64,000 bases of DNA from positions 1,344,001 through 1,408,000 of the forward strand of contig OY820579.1 in the NCBI GenBank assembly GCA_963681965.1, in the 5' to 3' direction. The DNA comes from a bacterium (GTDB taxonomy: Bacteria > Electryoneota > JAOADG01). The notes below the pieces were generated by a model. The model did no database searches. It saw only the letters and a program-made list of their open reading frames with translations, and had not been told where the DNA came from. Shown here piece by piece: positions 50,812 through 60,180 of this stretch (the stretch's first letter is position 1; every line of letters starts with the position of its first letter). The translations under genes and the position numbers were made by a program.

Positions 50812-51777
50812 CTAATGTTTTGATTTACTTTTTGAGAATCGGTCGACGATTACCGATAAAATGATCGATAAAAATAATGTAACTGCAACAACCACCAGAC
50901 TGGTTTGTGCGGATATTTCCAGCCAGTGCTTCACGAGCATCTTCACCCCGATGAATGCCAAGATCAAGGCAATTGCCAGTTTCAAATAGCGAAAGAGCGG
51001 TAACAGTCGGTCCAACACGAAAAAGAGTGAGCGTAATCCCAGAATTGCAAATATATTCGATGTATATACCAGAAACGGATTGGAAGTAATCGAAAAGATT
51101 GCTGGAATCGAATCGACTGCAAAGAGAATATCGGTAGTTTCAACTGCAATCAAAACCAGAATTAACGGCGTTAGCATCCGTTTTCCGTTTTGCTTTGAAA
51201 AGAACCGTGCACCATCGTAGTAGTCTATCACTGGAAAACGTTTGCGCATCCAGCGGAGAATCAAATTGTTTTCCGGTTTTACGTTGGCATCTTCTTTCGC
51301 TAATACCATTTGAATGGCGGTATAAACCAGAAATGCCCCGAAGATATAGAGTATCCATTCGAACCGGGAGATTAAAATGGCTCCTGCTGCCACAAAAACT
51401 CCCCGGAAAAACAAAGCTCCGATAATGCCCCAGAATAACACACGATGGCGGTATTCGCTTGGAACCGCGAAATAACTGAACAAAAGAACGAAAACGAACA
51501 AGTTGTCGACCGAAAGCGAATACTCGACGAGGTAACCGGTGACAAACAAGATTGCTGGTTTTGGACCATATTCATTGAAGATCCAAAGTGCAAACAATCC
51601 GGCAGCAGCAACATAAAATCCCACCCAAGCAATCGCTTCCCAAAACTTCGGTGAATGAGCTCTTCGTTGACCGAAACCAAGGTCGATCGACAATAAAGCG
51701 AAGACGATGACATGGAATACAATCCACATCCATAAGGGAGGAGATATTTCCGACATTAATTGTGTTGTTGGTTCCAT
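50812..51777 (-). CDS. TerC/Alx-family membrane protein
   Basis: GYLVEYSLSVDNLFVF, HRVLFWGIIGAL, ETTDILFAVDSIPA, TSNIFAILGLRSL. Confidence 0.95.
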   Translation of the reverse strand: MEPTTQLMSEISPPLWMWIVFHVIVFALLSIDLGFGQRRAHSPKFWEAIAWVGFYVAAAGLFALWIFNEYGPKPAILFVTGYLVEYSLSVDNLFVFVLLFSYFAVPSEYRHRVLFWGIIGALFFRGVFVAAGAILISRFEWILYIFGAFLVYTAIQMVLAKEDANVKPENNLILRWMRKRFPVIDYYDGARFFSKQNGKRMLTPLILVLIAVETTDILFAVDSIPAIFSITSNPFLVYTSNIFAILGLRSLFFVLDRLLPLFRYLKLAIALILAFIGVKMLVKHWLEISAQTSLVVVAVTLFLSIILSVIVDRFSKSKSKH

Positions 51778-51829
51778 TGTTTACCTTTTTCTGCTAGTAT
51801 AATATACGGAGAATCCACAAATTGGAAAA

Positions 51830-51847
51830 TTGAGAAAAAAGTAACAA
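51830..51847. promoter_or_regulatory. Rex-like operator 1
   Basis: TTGAGAA-AAAA-GTAACAA against consensus TTGTGAA-N4-TTCACAA. Confidence 0.45.
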
Positions 51848-51970
51848 ACTGGTCGAGTGAATTTCTGCTTGGGTGTGTCGATAGAGTGGTAATGTGTGAA
51901 AATACGCGCGTTCACGTTTGATGATGCAAGACATGTGATATGCGTTCGAATTTGCATCGAATCATTCTGA

Positions 51971-51988
51971 TTGTTACCTTATTCACAA
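51971..51988. promoter_or_regulatory. Rex-like operator 2
   Basis: TTGTTAC-CTTA-TTCACAA, upstream of the NAD-linked hydrogenase operon. Confidence 0.6.
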
Positions 51989-52260
51989 ATGATGGTACTC
52001 ATAACTGAAGTATTATCCATTAGTTGAAACGCTGTTGTATCGCGATGCGACATTTGGAAACGATCCCCTTGTTACCCTTGCTGGACGCCACTTGCCGAAG
52101 TACTTCTATTTTCGCATACCGACGTTTTTCATTCAATATTCCGGTTAAATTGCGAATTCCGATACGTGGATCGTAGAGAGTTCGTTGTAGTTGTTTTCGT
52201 CACAACGTCTCATTTTCCGGATTGATTTCGACACGATTCTTATTGTAAGGAGGACGCAAC

Positions 52261-52758
52261 GTGTTGAATTATGTCAAACCAGCACCACCATCGACCGATA
52301 AACGATGGAAGTTGGTTCAAGCGGAGATGCGGAAATTTGGAAATTCGCACTACGCGTTGATTCAAACACTACACGCTGTTCAAGACGCCTTCGGCTTCCT
52401 CGATGACGATGCCTTGACCTATGTCGCAACGGCATTGCGAGTGCCACTCAGCCGCGTGTACGGTGTCGCAACGTTCTACCACTATTTCACACTCAAGCCT
52501 GCCGGGCGACACACCTGTACAATTTGTACCGGTACCGCATGTTACATCAAGGGAGTGCCGGATCTCCTCAAAGCGATCCAAGAACGATTCGGTGTCAAGT
52601 TAGGCGAAACTACCGAAGACAATGCAATCTCGTTTCTCTCTGCCCGGTGTGTCGGAGCCTGCGGTTTAGCGCCCGTTGCGGTGATCGATGGTGAAACCGT
52701 CGGTAAATTGACGGCTTCCACTCTGATTTCGAAACTGGAGGAGGTAGCTGCGAAATGA
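52261..52758 (+). CDS. hoxE: Bidirectional hydrogenase subunit HoxE (NuoE-like 2Fe-2S)
   Basis: AAGGAGG plus GTG; VYGVATFYHYF, CTGTAC, CVGACGLAP. Confidence 0.9.
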   Translation: MLNYVKPAPPSTDKRWKLVQAEMRKFGNSHYALIQTLHAVQDAFGFLDDDALTYVATALRVPLSRVYGVATFYHYFTLKPAGRHTCTICTGTACYIKGVPDLLKAIQERFGVKLGETTEDNAISFLSARCVGACGLAPVAVIDGETVGKLTASTLISKLEEVAAK

Positions 52759-54377
52759 TTCTTGAAGATCTCAATATTCTCGCGGAAAAGTCGATCGAAG
52801 AAGTTACGAATGCCACCCATCGCATCCATGTCTGTATGGCTGCCGGATGCATCTCCTCTGGCAGCGAAAAAGTTCTGCTGGCGCTTCGCGAAGAAGTGAA
52901 GAAGCGTGGTAAGGATGCCGAAATCCTCGTCAAAGGTGTCGGATGTATGGGTCCCTGTTCCGGTGGTCCGGTGGTAACGGTTGAAACCGAAAATATCATG
53001 TACTGCCATGTCGAACCGACCGATGTAACCGATATTATCGATCAGCTCGGCGATCAACCCGTCGAACGAATTCTGAATCCCACCAATGTCCCCTTCTTCG
53101 AACGACAAGTAAAAATTGTGCTCGAGAACTGCGGTAAGATCGATCCTGATCGGATCGACGATTATCTCGCCGCGAACGGATATTTCTCGTTGTATCGCAG
53201 CATCTCGCACCTTTCGCCATCGGAAGTGATCGATGAAATCGTGAAGAGCGGTCTGCGTGGTCGTGGTGGCGCTGGTTTCTCGACTGGACTGAAATGGCGA
53301 ACCGTTGCCAAAGCGAACAGCTCAGCTAAATACATCGTCTGCAATGCCGATGAGGGCGACCCCGGTGCATTCATGGATCGCAGTGTCCTCGAAAGCGATC
53401 CGCATCGCGTCCTTGAAGGCATGGCAATCGCTGGCATGGCGGTCGGAGCGCACAAGGGTTTCGTATATGTACGTGCCGAGTACCCGTTGGCAATCAAGCG
53501 ACTGCAAAATGCGATCAAGCAAGCGGAACGGAATGGAATCCTCGGCAATTCGGTGATGGGTTCAACGTTTAACTTCAGCGTTGAGATTCGGCTCGGTGCC
53601 GGTGCATTCGTCTGTGGTGAAGAAACCGCGTTAATGGCATCGATCGAAGGACGACGCGGTACCCCGCGACCCCGTCCACCGTATCCATCCGAACGCGGTC
53701 TGTTTGGGCAACCGACATTAATCAACAACGTCGAAACCTATTCCAATATTCCGACGATTATTCGCAACGAAGCGGCATGGTTCCAGAAGATCGGTACCGA
53801 GAAGAGCAAGGGAACGAAAGTTTTTGCGCTCGCTGGACAAGTTGTCAATACCGGATTGATCGAAGTACCGATGGGTATCACTTTACGCGAAATCGTGTTC
53901 GATATCGGTGGTGGTATTCCCAATGGCAAGCAGTTGAAAGCAATCCAAACCGGTGGTCCTGCCGGTGGGTGTATTCCCGTGTCCTGCATCGACGAACCGG
54001 TCGATTACGAAACCTTGACTCGCCTCGGATCGATGATGGGATCGGGGGGAATGATTGTCATCGACGAGACTTCGGATATGGTCGATGTCGCGAAGTATTT
54101 CATGGATTTCAGTGTCTCGGAATCGTGCGGAAAATGCGTGCCGTGCCGGGTTGGAACAGCGCAATTGTACGATTTGCTTGAGAAAATCCTACGCCACGAA
54201 GGCAGTGAAAAAGATGTTGCAATGCTGGAAGAGTTGTGCGACTTGGTTGGAGCGACCAGTTTGTGTGGTCTCGGTCAAGGCGCGCCAAATCCGGTGAGAA
54301 GTACATTACGGCATTTCCGTCACGAATATGAAGCGCATCTTCAGAGTGAAGCGGAGATGGAGGGGGTGGTTGAATGA
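52755..54377 (+). CDS. hoxF: Diaphorase large subunit HoxF (NuoF-like)
   Basis: N-terminal 2Fe-2S cysteines; SGLRGRGGAGF, CNADEGDPGAFMDR, GAFVCGEETAL, ESCGKCVPCRVG. Confidence 0.9.
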   Translation: MILEDLNILAEKSIEEVTNATHRIHVCMAAGCISSGSEKVLLALREEVKKRGKDAEILVKGVGCMGPCSGGPVVTVETENIMYCHVEPTDVTDIIDQLGDQPVERILNPTNVPFFERQVKIVLENCGKIDPDRIDDYLAANGYFSLYRSISHLSPSEVIDEIVKSGLRGRGGAGFSTGLKWRTVAKANSSAKYIVCNADEGDPGAFMDRSVLESDPHRVLEGMAIAGMAVGAHKGFVYVRAEYPLAIKRLQNAIKQAERNGILGNSVMGSTFNFSVEIRLGAGAFVCGEETALMASIEGRRGTPRPRPPYPSERGLFGQPTLINNVETYSNIPTIIRNEAAWFQKIGTEKSKGTKVFALAGQVVNTGLIEVPMGITLREIVFDIGGGIPNGKQLKAIQTGGPAGGCIPVSCIDEPVDYETLTRLGSMMGSGGMIVIDETSDMVDVAKYFMDFSVSESCGKCVPCRVGTAQLYDLLEKILRHEGSEKDVAMLEELCDLVGATSLCGLGQGAPNPVRSTLRHFRHEYEAHLQSEAEMEGVVE

Positions 54378-55099
54378 ACGGTCAACCGGTACAAGTAATC
54401 ACGATGTTCATCGACGATCGGGAAGTCGGTGCGCGATCCGATGAGACAATTCTGCAAGTCGCGAAAGAGAACGATATCTATATCCCGACACTCTGTTTCC
54501 TCGAAGGACTATCGTCGGTCGGTTCCTGCCGAATCTGCGTGGTTGAGGTGGAAGGTACAAATCGGTTGTTACCGGCATGTGTCACGCTAGTATCCGAAGG
54601 AATGAGAATCCGCACCAGTTCGGCACGGTTATCGGCATATCGCCATAAGATTCTCGAATTGCTGTTTTCCGAGCGCAATCATATTTGCGCGGTATGCGTA
54701 TCGAACGGTCATTGCGAATTGCAGCAGATGGCGGAAAAACTCGGCATGAATTTCGTGCACTATCCCTACCGCCATGCACAGTACAAAGTTGATGCGACCC
54801 ACGACCGGTATGTTTCCGATCAGAACCGCTGCATCCTCTGCTATCGTTGTGTTCGTGTCTGTGGTGAAATCGAAGGTGCTCACACACTCGATATCATGTC
54901 GCGCGGGATCAATACGCGAATTATCTCCGATCTCAATACCGATTGGGGAATTTCCGAAACCTGTACCCGCTGTGGTAAATGCGTGCAAGTCTGTCCGACT
55001 GGAGCACTAAGTGAGCGTGGTCGATCGGTCGCGGAAAATGCCAAACGACGCGCCTTCTTGCCGTACCTCACGATGATGCGGAAGGAGGATGCGGAATGA
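54374..55099 (+). CDS. hoxU: Diaphorase small subunit HoxU
   Basis: IPTLC, SCRICVVE, HICAVC...C, CILCYRCVRVC, CTRCGKCVQVCP. Confidence 0.9.
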   Translation: MNGQPVQVITMFIDDREVGARSDETILQVAKENDIYIPTLCFLEGLSSVGSCRICVVEVEGTNRLLPACVTLVSEGMRIRTSSARLSAYRHKILELLFSERNHICAVCVSNGHCELQQMAEKLGMNFVHYPYRHAQYKVDATHDRYVSDQNRCILCYRCVRVCGEIEGAHTLDIMSRGINTRIISDLNTDWGISETCTRCGKCVQVCPTGALSERGRSVAENAKRRAFLPYLTMMRKEDAE

Positions 55100-55629
55100 G
55101 CAAGCCGAAATTTGCCACCATCTGGCTCGACGGCTGTTCCGGTTGCCATATGTCCTTCCTCGATATCGACGAGCGCATCGTTGCACTATCCGAATTGGTC
55201 GACGTGGTCTACAGCCCATTGGTCGACAGCAAGGAGATGCCCGAGGATGTCGATATCACTTTGGTCGAAGGGGCAATCAGCAGCGTGGAAGATCTCGAAA
55301 AGATCCGAAAAGTTCGTAAGCGTACTAAGATTCTCGTCGTCATGGGCGACTGTGCAATAACCGGCAACGTTCCTGCGATGCGCAACTCGTTCGGTCCGGA
55401 AAAAGTACTTGAGCACGCGTACCTCGAAACGACTTCGCACCATCCGATGATTCCCAATGAAGTCATACCGAAACTGCTGAAGAACGTCCGTCCGGTGCAC
55501 GATGTAGTAAAAGTCGATGTCTATCTTCCCGGCTGCCCGCCGCCGGCGGATGCGATTTTTTATGTTTTGACTGAATTGTTGGCTGGGCGAGAACCGGAAA
55601 CAACCAAAGTTTCCCGGTTCGGGAAGTAG
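55096..55629 (+). CDS. hoxY: NiFe hydrogenase small subunit HoxY
   Basis: WLDGCSGCHMS, GDCAITG, PGCPP. Confidence 0.95.
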   Translation: MSKPKFATIWLDGCSGCHMSFLDIDERIVALSELVDVVYSPLVDSKEMPEDVDITLVEGAISSVEDLEKIRKVRKRTKILVVMGDCAITGNVPAMRNSFGPEKVLEHAYLETTSHHPMIPNEVIPKLLKNVRPVHDVVKVDVYLPGCPPPADAIFYVLTELLAGREPETTKVSRFGK

Positions 55630-55640
55630 GGGGAAAGACA

Positions 55641-57062
55641 ATGCCGAAACAGATCGTAATCGATCCCATCACCCGGATCGAAGGGCATTCGAAAATTACG
55701 CTGCAACTGGACGATCAGGGCGTCGTTCAGAAAGCCCATATCCATACGACACAATTCCGCGGATTCGAAAAATTTTGCGAAGGTCGCCCGTTTTACGAAA
55801 TGCCGTCGCTCATGGCGCGTACCTGCGGTATTTGTCCGGTATCGCATTTGATCGCTTCCGCGAAAGCATGCGATGAAATGCTCTCGGTTCAGATTCCGCA
55901 TACCGCGATGAATTTGCGCCGCATCATGAATCTTGCGCAGATCATTCAATCGCATGCGTTGAATTTCTTCTACCTGTCTGCTCCCGATTTTCTATTTGGA
56001 ATGGACGGCGATCCGAAGAGCCGCAACCTGTTCGGGATGATGAAAGAGAATCCTGAATTGGCGCGCGACGGAATCCGGATGCGTCAGATTGGACAGCAGA
56101 TCATCGAAATTCTCGGTGGTAAGCGCATTCATCCCGCGTGGGTGGTTCCTGGCGGTGTCAATGAAGCACTCTCGCTGGAACGCAGTGGGATCATCATGAA
56201 AATGATTCCGGAAGGAATCGACATCATGAAACGAACGCTCTACTGGTTCCGCTGGATGATGGAAAAATACCAACCGGAAATCGGCACGTTCGGAAATTTC
56301 CCGTCGTTGTTCCTCGGTCTGGTCGATGCCAATGGCAACTGGGAACATTACGATGGCAAATTGCGCATCGTCGATCCCGCCGGGAATATCATCGCCGATC
56401 ATTTCGAGCCGCAGCAGTACATGAAGATCATTGGCGAAGCGGTTGAGCCGTGGACCTATATGAAATTCCCATACTACAAACCGATGGGTTATCCGCATGG
56501 GATGTACCGTGTCGGCCCGCTGGCGCGATTGAACATCATCGACGCTTTCGGAACGCCGCTTGCCGATCAGGAACTTGAAGAATTCCGCGGTAAAGAGCGC
56601 AAACCGGTACTCAGTTCGTTCCATTATCATTGGGCACGGCTGATCGAAATTCTTCATGCGATGGAGAGTATCGAGAAGATGTTGAACGATCCCGAAATTC
56701 TCAGCAAGCATATTCGCGCCACTGCCGATCCGAATTGCTACGAAGGGGTTGGCGTATCGGAAGCGCCGCGCGGTACGTTGATTCATCATTACAAGATCGA
56801 TGAGCAGGGAGTGGTGACTTGGGCGAATCTCATCATTGCCACCGGTCACAACAATCTGGCGATGAATCGCGGAATTCTGCAGGTCGCGAAGAATTTCGTC
56901 GATGGCACCAATTTGCAGGAGGGGATGTTGAATCGCGTCGAAGCGGTCATTCGTGCATTCGATCCCTGCCTCAGTTGCTCGACGCATGCCAATGGCAAGA
57001 TGGCAATGACCATCGAACTTCTGGACTACGAAGGGAATCGCGTCAGTACGCTCGAGCAATAA
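55641..57062 (+). CDS. hoxH: NiFe hydrogenase large subunit HoxH (group 3d)
   Basis: ITRIEGH, L1 ARTCGICPVSH, EAPRG, L2 DPCLSCSTH followed by a C-terminal extension. Confidence 0.95.
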   Translation: MPKQIVIDPITRIEGHSKITLQLDDQGVVQKAHIHTTQFRGFEKFCEGRPFYEMPSLMARTCGICPVSHLIASAKACDEMLSVQIPHTAMNLRRIMNLAQIIQSHALNFFYLSAPDFLFGMDGDPKSRNLFGMMKENPELARDGIRMRQIGQQIIEILGGKRIHPAWVVPGGVNEALSLERSGIIMKMIPEGIDIMKRTLYWFRWMMEKYQPEIGTFGNFPSLFLGLVDANGNWEHYDGKLRIVDPAGNIIADHFEPQQYMKIIGEAVEPWTYMKFPYYKPMGYPHGMYRVGPLARLNIIDAFGTPLADQELEEFRGKERKPVLSSFHYHWARLIEILHAMESIEKMLNDPEILSKHIRATADPNCYEGVGVSEAPRGTLIHHYKIDEQGVVTWANLIIATGHNNLAMNRGILQVAKNFVDGTNLQEGMLNRVEAVIRAFDPCLSCSTHANGKMAMTIELLDYEGNRVSTLEQ

Positions 57063-57083
57063 GACGCGTTCGAATAAACTCAA

Positions 57084-57372
57084 GTAGGGGCGGGCTCCCA
57101 CGCCCGCCTGTTCTTGTATCTTTTCTTTGGTTTCATTGTATCCTGTTCTGTCGTTGCGAGGACGACGCGAAGCGGCGGACATGGCAACCTACTCTTTTCG
57201 TCTTTTCCCAATACCCAATCCCTATCACCCACACCCTATTCTGTTGGTGGCGCAGGCCTCCGAGCCTGCGATTTTCCTGTAGTACTACCTAACTCCGAAT
57301 CGGCATTTTTGATCCTTATCTGTCATTGCGAGGACTGAATTCACCGAAGGTGAATGAAGGACGTGGCAATCT
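57084..57372 (+). repeat. Left mosaic array of REP-like palindromes
   Basis: GTAGGGGCGGGCTCCCACGCCCGCC (57084); TTGTATCCTG..TGTCGTTGCGAG..TGGCAACCT (57136-57190); GTGGCGCAGGC..GCCTGCG (57247); GTAGTACTACCTAACTCCG.. (57279); TGTCATTGCGAG..GTGGCAATCT (57321). Confidence 0.8.
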
Positions 57373-57497
57373 ATTTTTTTTTACACGATACACTGATTAA
57401 ACTCCGTGGCACAAATTCTCCTATCACTCATCAATTGCTTGTAAATACTCTCCATCCACATTATTATTGATATACCACCTGTCCGACCGGAGCCACT

Positions 57498-60167
57498 ATG
57501 ACTTTCCGCTATCGTACTCTACACCAATACCCGCTCGCATTCGCGACGATGCTTGTCTTCGCTCTGTCGATCCTTCTCCCGCAAATTTCTTACGCTGTCA
57601 CGGTACAATCGACGCGATTACCGCACCCGTTCCAATTCACCGAGAACAAAGGGCAGTGGGACAGTGCCGTCCTGTATAAATGCGAGGTGCGCAGCGACGG
57701 CTTCACTTGGTTCCTCGAGCGCGATGGTGTCACCCTCGTCACCTCCATCATCGATTCTTCTTCTTTGGTAGGGGCGGTTCGCGAACGCACCGATCCTTTT
57801 TCCAGTAGGGGCGGGCTCCCACACCCGCCCGCAAGCGGCAACGACGTTGCCGCCGTAGGGGCGTATGGCATACGCCCTGATCATGAATCCTTTCCATTAA
57901 AATCCCACGCGCTCAAATTCAAATTCGTGCAACCATCCGGGGACACGGGCGGTTCGCGAACCGCCCCTACCATGAATAAATACGCATCCGCAAAATGGAT
58001 TGATGCATAAGGTGAACTATCGTGGCACAACAATTATTTCTTGGGGAATGATTCCTCGAAGTGGGCGCCGGATTGCCGCAATTTCTCGCGCGTGGTGCAT
58101 CACGATGTTTGGGATGGCATCGATGTCGAATGGTATGAGAGCAAGGGACATCTCGAATTCGATTTCGTGATTCATCCTGGTGCCGATCCCAAGCAAATCA
58201 AGATGGTGTGTGAAGGGTTGGAAGCGCCAATCACAGGCGGAGGACGGACACTCTTGTCCGTCGGCTCAATAATTTCTGTCATAAAAAGGAGTCGGACAGG
58301 AGTGTCCGACCTCCACTTATCGAATGAACTTTCGCTTCCCACTTCCCTCGGCGAATTGCGAATGAGAATTCCGGGAGCTTACCAAACCACTGCGAATGGT
58401 ACACACGGAAATAATGTCACGGCACAATTCAGACTCGTGTTAGAAAATCTCTTCGCGATCGATCTGCCGAATGACTACGATGCATCTCAGGCTCTCCGGA
58501 TCGATCCGCTGGTCTACTCGACGTTTGTCGGTAGTACAGGTGACGACGAAGCATTAGCACTTGGAGTTACCAGTACGGGATCTGTTGTCATTGCAGGATC
58601 ATCCAGTGGATTTGACTATCCTACTACTCCGGGAACGATCGAACGGATGAATGCCGGATTATCGGACTGTATCATTTCCGAGTTGGATTCAACCTTGTCA
58701 CTCCTGCAATTCAGTACTTATCTCGGTGGTGTATTCAATGATTTCAGCAATGGATTGACAATTGATTCACAGAATTGTATCTACGTGACTGGTTCCACTG
58801 AGAGCGACAACTTTCCAACGACAACGAATGCATATTGCCGTTCGCATTCCGGATATCGAACTGATGATTGTTTCGTGTTACAAGTGAATTCCACTGGTTC
58901 GCAATTGCTCTACAGTTCAATGATAGGAACAAGCGCTCAAGATGTTAGTAATGATATCATAGTTGATGAATCGGATAGTAGTTGTATCATAACCGGATCT
59001 ACCGGTGGTACAAACTATCCAATAACGGCTGGTGCATATACACCTCCCTTCAACGTAGGAGCAGTCATTACTAAATTCGATATGTTCCATCCAACCTTAC
59101 TATTCAGTACTTACATTGGTGGCACAAACGGTGCTGAAGGCAAGTCTATTGTATATATTCCGCTAGATCAATCACTAATCATTGGAGGTTATACTTTCAG
59201 TTCCAATTTTCCATGCTCAAGCGATGCATTCGATTCATCTTTTCATGGAGGAGTAGATGCCTTCATATCACGAGTGAGTCACGATGGTAGCATTTTAATG
59301 AAGAGTACTTATATCGGTGGTTCCGGTGGGGATAGAATTCATGATATAGCATTGTCGCAGGATAGTATCATTATCGCTGTCGGTGTTACTGCAAGTAGTG
59401 ATTATCCCCATACTGAAAATGCATTCGATACAACCCAAAATGGAAATTATGATTGTTTTGTTACTGTTATAAATAATAATTTGTCTCATCTATTATATAG
59501 TTCATTTTTTGGTGGCACTGATAACGATATTGGTATGGCAGTTGCTCGTAATTCTTATGAAATTATTGTTACTGGAACAACTTCTAGCACAAATTTTCCG
59601 ACAACAATGAACGCGTTGCAACAGTCTTATAGTGGAGGTTCAAATGACTGTTTTGTCGTTCGTATTTCATTAGATAATCCCAATCATTTTTATAGTACAT
59701 TCCTTGGAGGATCGAGCGACGATGGCGGAGAGGATATTTGTTGCATATCAATCAGTAAAATATGCGCCATTGGCTTAACATCAAGTGCTAATTTCCCAAT
59801 TTCATCATCATGTTTTGATACATCGAGTAATGGTCAATATGACTGCTTCATCACCCAATTCACTATCGATACTACTTCGGTTCAGGAGTCTTCACTTCAC
59901 CCAAATTCCACACTTCTAGTTAAGAATTATCCCAACCCCTTCAACGCCACCACCACTCTTTCCTACACCCTCCCGTCCTTGTCTCGCGTCGATCTTCGTC
60001 TCTACGACCTCACCGGTCGCGAAGTATCGACGCTGGTGCAGCGTGAGCAGCGTGCCGGCACCTATCGCGTGTTGCTCGATGGGTCGCGCTTAGCCAGTGG
60101 AACCTATTTTGTGCGGTTGCAGGCGGGAATGTTTTCGAAGACGGAGAAGATTGTGTTGTTGAAGTAA
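57498..60167 (+). pseudogene. Secreted SBBP beta-propeller-repeat protein with conserved N-domain (DUF7948-like) and T9SS-type C-terminal sorting domain; interrupted by one in-frame TAA (58008-58010)
   Basis: ORFs 57498-58010 and 58041-60167 are in the same frame. Signal peptide, FTENKGQWD, NYFLGNDSSKW, EFDFVIHPGADP, RIDPLVYST, repeated YST.LGG..D / G.T.S.NFPTT, and terminal NYPNPFN...LYDLTGREV...LASGTYFVRL...KIVLLK. Confidence 0.8.
57768..58316. repeat. Six REP-like palindromes inside the coding sequence
   Basis: 57768-57791, 57805-57830, 57855-57877 (GTAG-led, + strand); 57946-57970 (reverse, ends CTAC); inverted pair 58236-58262 / 58291-58316 (GGAGG.CGGACACTC.TGTCCG.C). Confidence 0.85.
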
Positions 60168-60180
60168 TTCATAGTGTGAA

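Noticed and set aside
51778-51960. yybP-ykoY (Mn) riboswitch expected upstream of TerC/Alx
   Set aside because: No recognisable conserved elements on the minus strand, and a -10-like sequence lies close to the start codon. An Infernal search would settle it.
52755-55099. Respiratory complex I nuoEFG or an FeFe hydrogenase
   Set aside because: No membrane nuo genes or H-cluster motifs; directly followed by NiFe small and large subunits.
55992-57182. 396-aa minus-strand ORF
   Set aside because: Antisense shadow of hoxH; no motifs, and it starts inside the REP array.
57114-57338. Short ORFs across the left array, and 60351-60609 on the right
   Set aside because: They are translations of palindromic repeats, with no RBS or family features.
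58008-58010. Sec/Pyl recoding or an alternative genetic code
   Set aside because: The codon is TAA, which ends many other genes in this window.
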